NCBI GenBank assembly: GCA_045594045.1 | Contig: JAZNXV010000024.1 | Location: 18,172 to 82,171, forward strand | Direction of reading: 5' to 3' | DNA: 64,000 bases | Source of the DNA: Clostridia bacterium | Lineage (GTDB): Bacteria > Bacillota > Clostridia > Christensenellales > QALW01 | In this document: positions 39,201 through 48,186 of the stretch, one piece after another | Numbering within the stretch: position 1 is the stretch's first letter | Layout of the letters: every line of letters starts with the position of its first letter | Program-made: the position numbers and the translations under genes | The notes under the pieces: model-generated | Seen by the model: only the letters and a program-made list of their open reading frames with translations | Told to the model about the DNA's origin: nothing | Database searches by the model: none

Positions 39201-42200
39201 GAGAATTTGTGAACGACGGAATTTTAAAGTCCTGCAGCGAGGTTGAATTTCCGCTGTGTTTAGGAAAGTATTGGCTTGAAAACTACGATAATATGAGCTT
39301 TTCTCAGCAGGTTAAGGCTGAAGTACAGAATCTGCCCGAAGCTCAAAAAAAGACCGTGGAAGAACTTTTGAACAACTATCCCAAATGTATTGCCGAAACA
39401 CTGAATATCAATGATTTTGAACGGCGCCTGCACTTGTGCGAGGAAGCATCGGCATCAGACGAAAGCAAGAGCATTTTTTCAAAAATCAAAAGCGAATACA
39501 GACAAATATACAATTACGCTTTTAAAGTTAACGAGGATATAAAATTTATTGAAAAATATATTTGCACATTTTTAGATAATATAGATTTTCAATGCGTTTA
39601 CAATAAAGAAAAGCAGCTTTTTGCCATAGGGTTGGATACGGAAGAAAACAAGCAAAGCACAAACTGCTACGATTTGCTTTCTTCGGAAGCGAGATTAACA
39701 AGCCTTATTGCGATTTCGCTTGGCAAAGCGCCTGCAGAGCATTGGTTTAAGCTTTCGCGTCCGTTTACAAGACTGTACGATATGCCCTTGTGTCTGTCTT
39801 GGAGCGGAACGATGTTTGAATTTTTGATGCCGGATATTTTCATTAAGCCTACAAGTCATTCAATGCTGTATAATTCCTCCGCTGTAGCCGTACAGGCGCA
39901 GATGGATTTTACAGGCAAAAACGGTATATGGGGGGTATCGGAATCGGGCTTCAACGCACTCGATAATTCAAAGGAATATAAATATAAAGCCCTTGGTGTA
40001 CCCTGTACAGCGGTTTCGTTTTTTAAAGGTGAAAAGGTGTTTTCGCCCTATTCAACGTTGCTGGCTTTGGAATACAATCCCCGCGAATGTATGACAAATA
40101 TCGTGCGGCTTGTTGAAAACGGCTGTGTAGGCGGATTGGGCTTTTTTGAAGCGATTGACTATACACGCACGCGCAATTCGCTTGGCGCTGTGGTTTATTC
40201 TCATATGGCGCATCATTCGGGAATGGGACTTTGCGCACTTGTAAATTATCTCCATTCGGGCTTTATCAGAAAGCTGTTTGGTGCAAACAGTTTTATCAGT
40301 GCTTCAAAGGTGTTGCTTGAAGAAAAAATGCCTTTAGGTGTAATTCCCCGAAAGGAATTAAAGTTTAGTGAAAAGGAGCTTCCCCTTGAGGAACAGGAGC
40401 TTAAGCGTGAGTTTATTGCGCCTAATCTGCAGGCAATACAGTCAAATGTTCTGGGCGGAGAAGAGGTGCACTTGTATGCCGATTCCAAGGGAATGGTTAA
40501 AGCCTATTATCACGATAGCTTTTTAGGTGAAATCTACGTCTATACAGAAACCGAAAAATTAGACAGCTTTTCATACGAGCCACGGCGTGACGACATGGTA
40601 AAATATAATACTGTGTTTACGCCATACAGCGTCGAATATTCGTTTATTGACAAAAAAACGGCAGGAAAGGAAAAGCTCTTTGTAAACGAAAACAGCGGTG
40701 AGATTGTTTGTAATATCACCCTTGAAAACAAGACGCGCGACACGGTAAAGAAAAAGGTTTATCTTGTGCTTTCACCTGCATTGATATCAGAAGAAGCTTA
40801 CAACGCACATAAGTGCTTTAACGGACTTTTTATTCAGGCAATAAAGGGCGAAAGAACTCTTACCCTTGTAAACAGAAAAAGCAATATTGCCTGCAGTGTC
40901 ACTGGCGTCGGAGATTTTGATTTAAGCTTTGCTACCGATGCACAACGAGTTCTGGGCAGGGGGAATGATTATTCGTCACCGGCTCTTAAATTTGATGAAA
41001 CAGTAAAGGAGTTTCCCATAAATCCCGTTGGTGCTTTAATGGCAGAGATTTGCTTAGAGGGGGGCGAGAAGCAAAAGCTTTCTTTTGTGATTTCGGGTGA
41101 ACGGCTTGAATATAACGGACAATGGGAATTGTACGGGCTTAACGGCACAAAAAGCAAAAGCGAAGCGAGGATTTTTGACGAAGCAAATAAGCATGCCCAT
41201 AAAATACGCACGGTAGGAGCAGTTTATCTTGCAGAAGAAAACTCCAAAATAGACGGTTGGTCACACGTTGAAGCGCGAAATATTAACAAGGACGAATGGT
41301 TACTTGCTCTTTCTCTTGGGGCATGCGCGGAAAATAAAACACGGGCAAAAAACGTGTTTGCATCACCCGAGGAAATATGGAAATACGGTATAAGCCATAC
41401 TGAGCCTCTGTTAACGGTTTTAGCCGAAAATGAATATTCGTTTAAGCGGATGTGCTCGGTATTAAAGGCCGTTGATTTTTTAAACGCAAAAGGTGTAAAG
41501 CTAAATGTGCTTATTATCGAAGAAACCGTGCAGGATTATCTTGATACTTCCTTTAATAAGGTTAACGAATTTATTGGCGGTCTTTCCTTTGCAAGCAGAG
41601 TAACGCATATCAAAAAAGGCGTAATGAACGAAAAAGAGATAGATAAAATATTGGCGTTAAGTATAGCAAAAATTAACGTAAGCGAGAGTATATCGGAGCA
41701 ACTGCCGCATCTTAAAGAGTACTGTCCCCAAAAGAACGTGACTGTAGTTGAAAATAAGTATCCCAAAAGCAAAAACGATATGTTTGAGGGGGAATTCGAT
41801 AGCGGTTACGGAAGGTTTATTAAAGACGGAAGCGAATATTACGTTTATAAAAAAACGCCGATGCCTTGGTCAAACGTGCTTGCTAACGAAACCTTTGGAA
41901 CACTTACTACGGAAAACGGCGGCGGCTTTACCTGGTGCAAAAATTCCTGCCTTAATAAGCTGATACCATGGTATAATGACCCTGTTACAAATCCCTTGGG
42001 CGAAGGCGTATATTTGCGTGACAACAAGCTTAACCAATTTTGGAGTATCACTCGCGACCCTGTTGATTTGGGCGATGAGCACGATTGTGTCTTTGGTCAC
42101 GGTTATAGCATATATAGATATAACGGCTTCGGAATGCATCAAAAGCAGACGGTTTTTGTGCACGAAAGCAAAAATATTAAAGTGATAAGAGTTGATGCGG

Positions 42201-44065
42201 ACGAAACATCAGACAGAGATTTATCCTTGTTCTATTTTGTGCGACCGGTGCTTGATGAAAGATCGGAAACAGCCTTTAAGCATCAGGAATACGGCATTTT
42301 AGATAAATCGGCAGTATTTGTACGCGGTAGAGGCGGATATATGCTTGTGTATTGCAAAAACGCGGAGTTTGCCTTCTCATCAAACGCGTTTTTCGGTAAC
42401 GGTACTGTTTGTACGCCCGATGCAGTTAAGCAGGGAGAGCTTGAGCTTGGCAAGGACGGGGAAATTCTTTTGTCACTTAAAGCGCAATTTTGCGGCAAGA
42501 CCGAGATTTTTGTTTGCTATGGCGAAAATATCGAAGAACTGAAAGAGCTGAAGAGCTTTATTGAAGCTGGGGATACGGACCAATGGCTTGAAGATGTAAA
42601 AAGAAAATGGCAGGAGATTTTAAGTAAAATCCAAATTAAAACACCCGACAGAAAGCTGAATTTGTTGTTTAATAATTGGCTTATTTATCAAACTCTTTCG
42701 TCAAGAATGTGGGGTAGATGCGGCTTTTATCAAGCAGGCGGCGCTTTCGGATTTCGTGATCAGCTGCAGGATTGTCTGCCGCTTATAATAAGCGAGCCGA
42801 GGCTGGTTAGAGAGCATTTGATAAGATGTGCGCGTCATCAGTTTAAAGAAGGTGACGTTCAGCATTGGTGGCACGAGGATAATTTAGGCATACGTACCAA
42901 AATCAGCGACGATTTACTGTTTTTGCCTTACATTGCATCAAAATATGCGTTTAGTACGGGCGATTATAAAATCTTTGATGAAACAGTTCCTTTTCTGGAC
43001 GGACACAGCTTGGAAGATAGAGAGGATTTGTTTGAGCAAGCATGGGTTTCAAGTGAAAGCGCAACGGTTTACGAGCATTGTATGCGAGCTATAAAGCTCG
43101 TTATAACGCGTTCAGGGCAGCACGGACTTCCCTTGATTTTAGGAGGAGATTGGAATGACGGCCTAAACAAGCTGGGCAACAAAGGAAAGGGCGAGAGCGT
43201 TTGGCTCGGTTGGTTCTTATATGACGTAATAAGCGGCTTTTTACCTATTTCAAAAAGGTATTCAAAGGAAGATGAAAGGCTTCTCCTTGAACACGCCAAA
43301 AAGCTGTATAGAATTCTTAACAGCGTGTGTTGGGACGGTCAATGGTATTTACGTGCCTTTGATGACAACGGAAGAACCGTTGGTGGCAGAAGCAGTGCGT
43401 GCTGTAAAATTGATGTAATTTCTCAGGCGTGGTCGGTGCTATCCGGTGCAGGAAAGCCTGAAATGTGCGAAAAGGCTTTAGAAAGCGTCAAAGGACATCT
43501 TATAGATTCTCAAACGGGAATAGTAAAGCTTGTTACACCGCCGTTTACCAAAGAGTTTTCTGCGGGCTATATAGGAGATTATTTGCCCGGTGTGCGTGAA
43601 AACGGCGGTCAATATACCCACGGGGCAATCTGGGCGGCAAGTGCATTTGCTCAAATAGGACAAGCGGAGCAGGCATTTGAAATTTTCGATATGATAAATC
43701 CTATAAATCATACGCTGAATAAAAGCGCAACGGACAGATATAAGGTTGAGCCGTACTGTGTGGCGGCAGACGTTTATTCTAACGAGGAAAACTTGGGACG
43801 TGGCGGCTGGACTTGGTACACGGCTTCGGCAGGCTTGTATTTTTATTCGGTTTTAAGAGATGTGCTTGGCATTGAGCTTGAAGACGGAAAGGTAAAATTC
43901 GATGCTCATATTCCAAGGCATTGGAACGAATACAGCGTTAAAATTGACACCGATGAATATAAGTTCGATATTTTCGTGCATAATCCCGAAAATAAAAGCG
44001 ATTCTCCATCAAGCATAACGGAGATTAAAAAGGACGGAAAAACAGAGATCCGTATCGTAATGTAA
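36293..44065 (+). CDS. NdvB/Cgs-like cyclic beta-1,2-glucan synthase (GT84 + central domain + C-terminal GH94 phosphorylase)
   Basis: GWERKRG, LDADT, SHDLLEG, RWQRGDWQL, TSPTNMG, GHFYNWYD, STVDSGN, SEARL, SWSGTMFEFLMP, WGVSES, YQAGGAFGFRDQLQD, GDWNDG, RENGGQYTH; ATG 36293 after GGAGG. Confidence 0.88.
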   Translation: MESTRTLKKSVKKLYGTLQSILNDKDNSLNETEWVRDNKNRLLNICAALMRGFPEMRLPMGYENPRIYELAREFVFQAGGNINQEICLSLKDFNLTSLEFEFLPTALTLSLLEFFVAAMKSTDIPKENLFSCIRSLILFSEIDFDALREECMPYEKILQADYGYSVSDKQTQAVYRKRINEISLKTKKSEEEICFLAQATACKNITDNLFGADKAIFYESLGIGNMLNNVKRRVLVYVGATMAFAGLLLALLGAIPVMFKIKVLLLLASIAPSIVFSANVINRFVMRRLPLNKPMRVKPAIADAKENKTAVILTVLITSVKDAERALKTIEEYFSGNRLNNGVFGILADLKQSDNKTESNDIAIIRALEEKIEELNKKYEKKFSLIVRERVGQDGVFSGWERKRGAIEMLVDFIAEQKHSFRAFINPEAFKDVKYICTLDADTVVPPDSVVKLLGVLVHPANKLGIYSRSTVGYGLVQPFIGNSPGKQTLFSKIMSPAGGIDAYNAPVKELYNDYFSSGTFCGKGIFSVAGYRALVKNKIQPNTVLSHDLLEGELLGSIGANDVSFLDEYPQNPISYYKRAERWQRGDWQLFPWLFSSLGAVSKWKIFYNLVQSLFSVGIFLQAVIAPFCYIWAYLVWGICLIEIALPSIFLYIDSFRFDKDANSFFDNRINRRNSLKRSLIKMLFLPFEFFMGISAAVKGIWRRCISKKKVLEWNTYASSAHYSSKTESYNFFFANIVLAVIFYFICLWQGIGVILGLLAAAGWCIAPSIADALSREESEYHEKLLPDEKHNLKLLAVRTAQFFHEALEENGYIMPDNLQLKPYKGYAMRTSPTNMGFALLSPLISLKLGLYSPKKCVESIKKQILKSETLEKYNGHFYNWYDLNSSKPLCKYVSTVDSGNYCAALITVLGGLDYIKNKKILTRNDCLGLADAILACVDNAEEDFEVYLKAYVTDFSETDLKNMPRRIREFVNDGILKSCSEVEFPLCLGKYWLENYDNMSFSQQVKAEVQNLPEAQKKTVEELLNNYPKCIAETLNINDFERRLHLCEEASASDESKSIFSKIKSEYRQIYNYAFKVNEDIKFIEKYICTFLDNIDFQCVYNKEKQLFAIGLDTEENKQSTNCYDLLSSEARLTSLIAISLGKAPAEHWFKLSRPFTRLYDMPLCLSWSGTMFEFLMPDIFIKPTSHSMLYNSSAVAVQAQMDFTGKNGIWGVSESGFNALDNSKEYKYKALGVPCTAVSFFKGEKVFSPYSTLLALEYNPRECMTNIVRLVENGCVGGLGFFEAIDYTRTRNSLGAVVYSHMAHHSGMGLCALVNYLHSGFIRKLFGANSFISASKVLLEEKMPLGVIPRKELKFSEKELPLEEQELKREFIAPNLQAIQSNVLGGEEVHLYADSKGMVKAYYHDSFLGEIYVYTETEKLDSFSYEPRRDDMVKYNTVFTPYSVEYSFIDKKTAGKEKLFVNENSGEIVCNITLENKTRDTVKKKVYLVLSPALISEEAYNAHKCFNGLFIQAIKGERTLTLVNRKSNIACSVTGVGDFDLSFATDAQRVLGRGNDYSSPALKFDETVKEFPINPVGALMAEICLEGGEKQKLSFVISGERLEYNGQWELYGLNGTKSKSEARIFDEANKHAHKIRTVGAVYLAEENSKIDGWSHVEARNINKDEWLLALSLGACAENKTRAKNVFASPEEIWKYGISHTEPLLTVLAENEYSFKRMCSVLKAVDFLNAKGVKLNVLIIEETVQDYLDTSFNKVNEFIGGLSFASRVTHIKKGVMNEKEIDKILALSIAKINVSESISEQLPHLKEYCPQKNVTVVENKYPKSKNDMFEGEFDSGYGRFIKDGSEYYVYKKTPMPWSNVLANETFGTLTTENGGGFTWCKNSCLNKLIPWYNDPVTNPLGEGVYLRDNKLNQFWSITRDPVDLGDEHDCVFGHGYSIYRYNGFGMHQKQTVFVHESKNIKVIRVDADETSDRDLSLFYFVRPVLDERSETAFKHQEYGILDKSAVFVRGRGGYMLVYCKNAEFAFSSNAFFGNGTVCTPDAVKQGELELGKDGEILLSLKAQFCGKTEIFVCYGENIEELKELKSFIEAGDTDQWLEDVKRKWQEILSKIQIKTPDRKLNLLFNNWLIYQTLSSRMWGRCGFYQAGGAFGFRDQLQDCLPLIISEPRLVREHLIRCARHQFKEGDVQHWWHEDNLGIRTKISDDLLFLPYIASKYAFSTGDYKIFDETVPFLDGHSLEDREDLFEQAWVSSESATVYEHCMRAIKLVITRSGQHGLPLILGGDWNDGLNKLGNKGKGESVWLGWFLYDVISGFLPISKRYSKEDERLLLEHAKKLYRILNSVCWDGQWYLRAFDDNGRTVGGRSSACCKIDVISQAWSVLSGAGKPEMCEKALESVKGHLIDSQTGIVKLVTPPFTKEFSAGYIGDYLPGVRENGGQYTHGAIWAASAFAQIGQAEQAFEIFDMINPINHTLNKSATDRYKVEPYCVAADVYSNEENLGRGGWTWYTASAGLYFYSVLRDVLGIELEDGKVKFDAHIPRHWNEYSVKIDTDEYKFDIFVHNPENKSDSPSSITEIKKDGKTEIRIVM

Positions 44066-44068
44066 AAA

Positions 44069-44110
44069 AGAGGTCAGAGTGATATTTGGTCACTCTGGTC
44101 TCTTTCTTTT
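44069..44110 (+). terminator. Terminator after cgs-like gene
   Basis: AGAGGTCAGAGTGA..TCACTCTGGTCTCT followed by a T-rich run. Confidence 0.7.
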
Positions 44111-44120
44111 TCGTTATTTG

Positions 44121-44149
44121 TTGACTTTTTTATGCTTTGCAAATATAAT
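44121..44149 (+). promoter_or_regulatory. Sigma-A promoter of ygiQ-era
   Basis: TTGACT, 17 nt spacer, TATAAT. Confidence 0.7.
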
Positions 44150-44177
44150 TTAATTATATCTGACAAAGGAAGTTATT

Positions 44178-46169
44178 ATGCAACACAATTTTTTACCCGT
44201 TACAAGTGAAGAATGTACTGTACGCGGTTGGGACAGACCTGATTTTGTGTACGTTTTAGGTGACGCCTACGTGGATCACCCCAGCTTTGGACCTGCTATT
44301 ATTTCAAGGGTTTTGGAAAAGAACGGCTACAAGGTAGCAATACTTTCACAGCCCGATTGGCATAATATAAGCGAATTCAAGCGTTTCGGAAGACCGCGCC
44401 TTGGATTTCTTGTCTGCTCGGGAAATATAGACCCGATGGTTAACCATTATACTGCTGCTCACAAAAGAAGAAGCACTGACGCTTATTCTCCAGGGGGCAA
44501 AATAGGGTTAAGACCTGACAGAGCCACTATCGTTTACTGTAATTGCATTCGTCAGGCGTATAAAAATATGCCTATAATTATCGGCGGTGTTGAAGCAAGC
44601 TTAAGGCGGTTTGCTCATTACGACTGTTGGGATAATAAAGTACGCGCCTCTATTTTAGTTGATAGCGGTGCCGACCTGTTGCTTTACGGTATGGGCGAAA
44701 AGTCTATTGTAGAAACTGCTGATGCTCTTGCAGGCGGTATTGACGTTAAGGATATTACCTACGTTAAAGGCACGGCATATTTAACAGATACTCCCGAAAA
44801 CGTTTATAACGGTGAATTTATTGATAGCTTTGAAGACGTCAAGGCTGATACCGATGCTTATTCAAGGGCGTTTATGGCTCAGTATAGAGGTCAGAATCAC
44901 ATTAACAGCAAGACTTTGATACAAAAACACGGCAAAAGCTTTGTGGTGGTTAATCCACCTGCAGAGCCTCTTTCCACAAGAGAGCTTGACGAAGTTTATG
45001 CTTTGCCTTATACTCGCTTGCCTCATCCTATGTATGATTCCTTAGGCGGTGTGCCTGCAATAGCGGAAATTGAATTTTCCATTACCGCAAACCGTGGCTG
45101 TGCAGGTGCGTGCTCCTTTTGCGCCATAACTTTTCATCAGGGCAGAGTGCTTCAGTCGAGAAGTGAAGAATCAATTTTAGAAGAAGCAAGGATTTTAACT
45201 ACACTTCCGGGCTTTAAAGGGTATATTCACGACGTTGGCGGACCTACCGCAAATTTCTATGGGCACGGCTGTCAAAAACAGAAAAAATCGGGCGCGTGCA
45301 GCGGTCGTCAATGTTTGTATCCAACTATTTGTCCTGAATTTAAGCCTGACCATAAGGCATATATGGAATTGCTTGAAAAAATACGCAAAATACCTAAAAT
45401 TAAAAAAGTTTTTATACGTTCAGGCTTGAGATTTGATTGCATTTTGGCTGATAGAAAGCACGGACAAGAGTTTTTAAAGACCTTGTGCGAAAATCACGTA
45501 TCAGGTCAGTTGAAGGTAGCTCCCGAGCATATTTCCGACAGGGTTTTAAAACTTATGGGAAAACCGAGCGTAAACGTTTATAATGAATTTTGCACTAAAT
45601 ATGCAAATATGAATAAAAAGGTGCAAAAAGAACAGTACCTTGTGCCGTATTTGATTTCGGGACATCCCGGCAGCGATTTAAAGGAAGCTGTTAAACTTGC
45701 GGAATATTTACATAAGCATAAAATAAATCCTGAACAGGTGCAGGAATTTTATCCCACCCCGGGAACGCTTTCGACGTGTATGTTTTATACGGAAAAGGAC
45801 CCGAGAACAAACGAAAAAATCTACGTTGCCAAGGATATTGGCGAAAAGATTATGCAGAGAGCGCTGCTTCAATATAAAAAGCCTGAAAACTATGAAACAG
45901 TTAAAAAAGCTCTTTTGAAAGCGGGAAGGCAGGACTTAATAGGCTTTGGACCTGAATGCTTGATTCCGCCACGGCAAGTCAAAGGCGGATTTTACGGGAA
46001 AAATTCTGCAACAAACGCAAAAAACGCGAAGAAAGGCGCTGTAAAAAGCACTAATGTAAAAGTGAATAAGAGTGGAAGCAATAAAGGTTCTCACAGTGAA
46101 GGATTTAAAAATTCAAAGCCAAGCAAAAACGGCTTCGCCAAGCAAACAGGCGTAAAAAAGCATAAATAA
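44178..46169 (+). CDS. YgiQ-family radical SAM protein
   Basis: GDAYVDHPSFG, GGVEASLRR, RGCAGACSFC, DVGGPTAN, KVAPEH. Confidence 0.92.
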   Translation: MQHNFLPVTSEECTVRGWDRPDFVYVLGDAYVDHPSFGPAIISRVLEKNGYKVAILSQPDWHNISEFKRFGRPRLGFLVCSGNIDPMVNHYTAAHKRRSTDAYSPGGKIGLRPDRATIVYCNCIRQAYKNMPIIIGGVEASLRRFAHYDCWDNKVRASILVDSGADLLLYGMGEKSIVETADALAGGIDVKDITYVKGTAYLTDTPENVYNGEFIDSFEDVKADTDAYSRAFMAQYRGQNHINSKTLIQKHGKSFVVVNPPAEPLSTRELDEVYALPYTRLPHPMYDSLGGVPAIAEIEFSITANRGCAGACSFCAITFHQGRVLQSRSEESILEEARILTTLPGFKGYIHDVGGPTANFYGHGCQKQKKSGACSGRQCLYPTICPEFKPDHKAYMELLEKIRKIPKIKKVFIRSGLRFDCILADRKHGQEFLKTLCENHVSGQLKVAPEHISDRVLKLMGKPSVNVYNEFCTKYANMNKKVQKEQYLVPYLISGHPGSDLKEAVKLAEYLHKHKINPEQVQEFYPTPGTLSTCMFYTEKDPRTNEKIYVAKDIGEKIMQRALLQYKKPENYETVKKALLKAGRQDLIGFGPECLIPPRQVKGGFYGKNSATNAKNAKKGAVKSTNVKVNKSGSNKGSHSEGFKNSKPSKNGFAKQTGVKKHK

Positions 46170-46213
46170 CTTAACTGCGAAAGCTTAAGGAAACAACTAA
46201 TAAGGAGTAAAAT

Positions 46214-47101
46214 ATGAGCAAAAGTTTTAAATCGGGCTTTTGTGTACTTTGCGGCAGACCAAACGTTGGCAAATCTACACTTATGAATCATTTTGTAGGG
46301 CAAAAGGTGGCAATTGTTTCACCAAAGCCTCAAACAACGCGCAACTGTATCAGAGGCATTGTAACTACTGACGGCTACCAGGTAGTTTTTCTTGATACAC
46401 CCGGTATTCATAAGCCCAAATGCAAGCTTAACGAATTTATGGTAAAAACCCAAAAGGAAGCGGCTGTAGGCGCTGATTTTACCTGCGTTATGCTGGATAT
46501 TACCCAGCCAATCGGCACTACTGACGAGCATATAATAAAAGAATACGCTCAATCGGGTATTCCTTGTGCCATAGTTTTAAATAAGATTGACTGCGTTGCA
46601 AAAGAAACCGTGTTTTCTTATTTAACCGAGCTTGCCAAATTTGACGTGAGCATTATTCCCGTTTCTGCAGCAACGGGCGAGGGATGCCAAGAGCTTATGA
46701 ACGTTATCGTAAAGCATCTTGAGGAAGGACCGCAGTATTTCCCAGAAGATATGGTTTGTGATTTTCCTGAAAGATTTTTGGCCTCTGAAATAATCAGAGA
46801 AAAAGCACTTTTGAATTTAAATGAGGAGATTCCACACGGTATTGGTGTTTCTATCGAAAAAATGGAAGAGCAAACTAACGGAAACATCAAAATTATTGCT
46901 GATATTTTATGCGAGCGCGAATCCCATAAGGGAATTATTATCGGCAAAAAAGGTGCTATGATTAAAACCATAGGCTCTGCGGCGCGAGAAGAACTGGAAT
47001 TACTGCTTGATACAAAGGTTTACGTCGAACTTTTTGTAAAAGTTAAGGAAAATTGGCGTAACAGCGCCACTGTATTAAAAGATTTGGGATATACGGAATA
47101 A
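46214..47101 (+). CDS. era: GTPase Era
   Basis: GRPNVGKST, PQTTR, DTPG, NKID, KH domain IIIGKKG. Confidence 0.97.
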   Translation: MSKSFKSGFCVLCGRPNVGKSTLMNHFVGQKVAIVSPKPQTTRNCIRGIVTTDGYQVVFLDTPGIHKPKCKLNEFMVKTQKEAAVGADFTCVMLDITQPIGTTDEHIIKEYAQSGIPCAIVLNKIDCVAKETVFSYLTELAKFDVSIIPVSAATGEGCQELMNVIVKHLEEGPQYFPEDMVCDFPERFLASEIIREKALLNLNEEIPHGIGVSIEKMEEQTNGNIKIIADILCERESHKGIIIGKKGAMIKTIGSAAREELELLLDTKVYVELFVKVKENWRNSATVLKDLGYTE

Positions 47102-47145
47102 AAAAATAATTGCCGCTAACAATAAAAACGGAAAGCGGTGATTTT

Positions 47146-47283
47146 ATGAACGAAAAGATTGACAGAGAATTGATGAAAATGTTTCTGAAAACGGGCGATC
47201 CGTTTTATTATACGGCGCGCGGTGTTTTTAGGGAAAGGGAGAAAAATGGGGGAGCCGATAAAAATTCAAGCAATAGTCCTTAA
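47146..47283 (+). CDS. YqzL-like small protein (45 aa, missed by ORF track)
   Basis: MNEKIDRELMKMFLKTGDPFYYTARG...; F..TG...Y motif; era-yqzL-recO synteny. Confidence 0.65.
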   Translation: MNEKIDRELMKMFLKTGDPFYYTARGVFREREKNGGADKNSSNSP

Positions 47284-47989
47284 TAAAGTGGATTTTAAGG
47301 ATAATGACCGCGTGCTTACCTTGTTTTCTCCGCAACTCGGCAAGGTAACGGCTTCGGCAAAGGGCGTAAAAAAACAATCCTCAAAGCTTCGTGCTTCAAG
47401 CGAAATTTTTGCTTTTGGCACGTACATATTAACAGAAACCCGCGGAAAATACATAGTCACATCCTTTGATTTGATTGAATCCTTTTATGAGCTTCGAGAG
47501 GATTTTGACAGACTCAGTGTAGGTACACTTCTTTTGAAGATGTGCGAAAAGGCTGTTCAGCAGAACGAACCTAACGGTGAAATGTTTGTTCTGCTCATAA
47601 ATTGCCTTGACCGCCTGCGCGACAAAAATATTGCGGTTGGGCTTACCGTTGCGGTGTTTATGCTTAAATTTTGCACTCTTTTCGGCTATATGCCTGAATT
47701 TGAAAAATGCATTGGGTGCGGCAAAAGGGAAGGATTGATTTGCCTTTCGCCGCAGGCAGGTGGGGTTACCTGCGCTGATTGCAATGACTTTGACCATATT
47801 GTGATAAGCGGCGGTTGCTTGTTTTATATGCGTAAAATCTGTAGCGGACAATTAGATGAAGTATTTAAAATTAAGCCGAGTCAAGTGCAGGCAAGGGAAC
47901 TGTTTAGAGTAACGTGCTTCTACACAGCGTATTTTTTTGATGAAAAAATAAGGCTTATGGATTACATAGAAAAATATCAGCTGATCTAA
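47246..47989 (+). CDS. recO: DNA repair protein RecO
   Basis: AIVL..VDFKDNDRVLTLFS, AKGVKK, Zn finger CIGC..CADC; follows era. Confidence 0.93.
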   Translation: MGEPIKIQAIVLNKVDFKDNDRVLTLFSPQLGKVTASAKGVKKQSSKLRASSEIFAFGTYILTETRGKYIVTSFDLIESFYELREDFDRLSVGTLLLKMCEKAVQQNEPNGEMFVLLINCLDRLRDKNIAVGLTVAVFMLKFCTLFGYMPEFEKCIGCGKREGLICLSPQAGGVTCADCNDFDHIVISGGCLFYMRKICSGQLDEVFKIKPSQVQARELFRVTCFYTAYFFDEKIRLMDYIEKYQLI

Positions 47990-48090
47990 ACTAAAAGCTC
48001 AAAAGCTTCTTAAAAATTATAAATCAGACGGGCGTTAATCAAAAAACGTCCGTTTTTTTATATATATAACTCTTTTATACAAAAAAACGG

Positions 48091-48119
48091 TTGCCAATAT
48101 TTTCAAAATACATTATAAT
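48091..48119 (+). promoter_or_regulatory. Sigma-A promoter of ppdK
   Basis: TTGCCA, 17 nt spacer, TATAAT; spacer contains TATTTT-C-AAAATA palindrome. Confidence 0.7.
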
Positions 48120-48186
48120 AACCGAGGTATGCAAAATAAAAAAATAAACAATGAGCGAAAGCTCGTAAATTTTAGGAGGTTTTAGT

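Noticed and set aside
48098-48110. CodY box in the ppdK promoter spacer
   Set aside because: Only a partial match to AATTTTCWGAAAATT in AT-rich DNA
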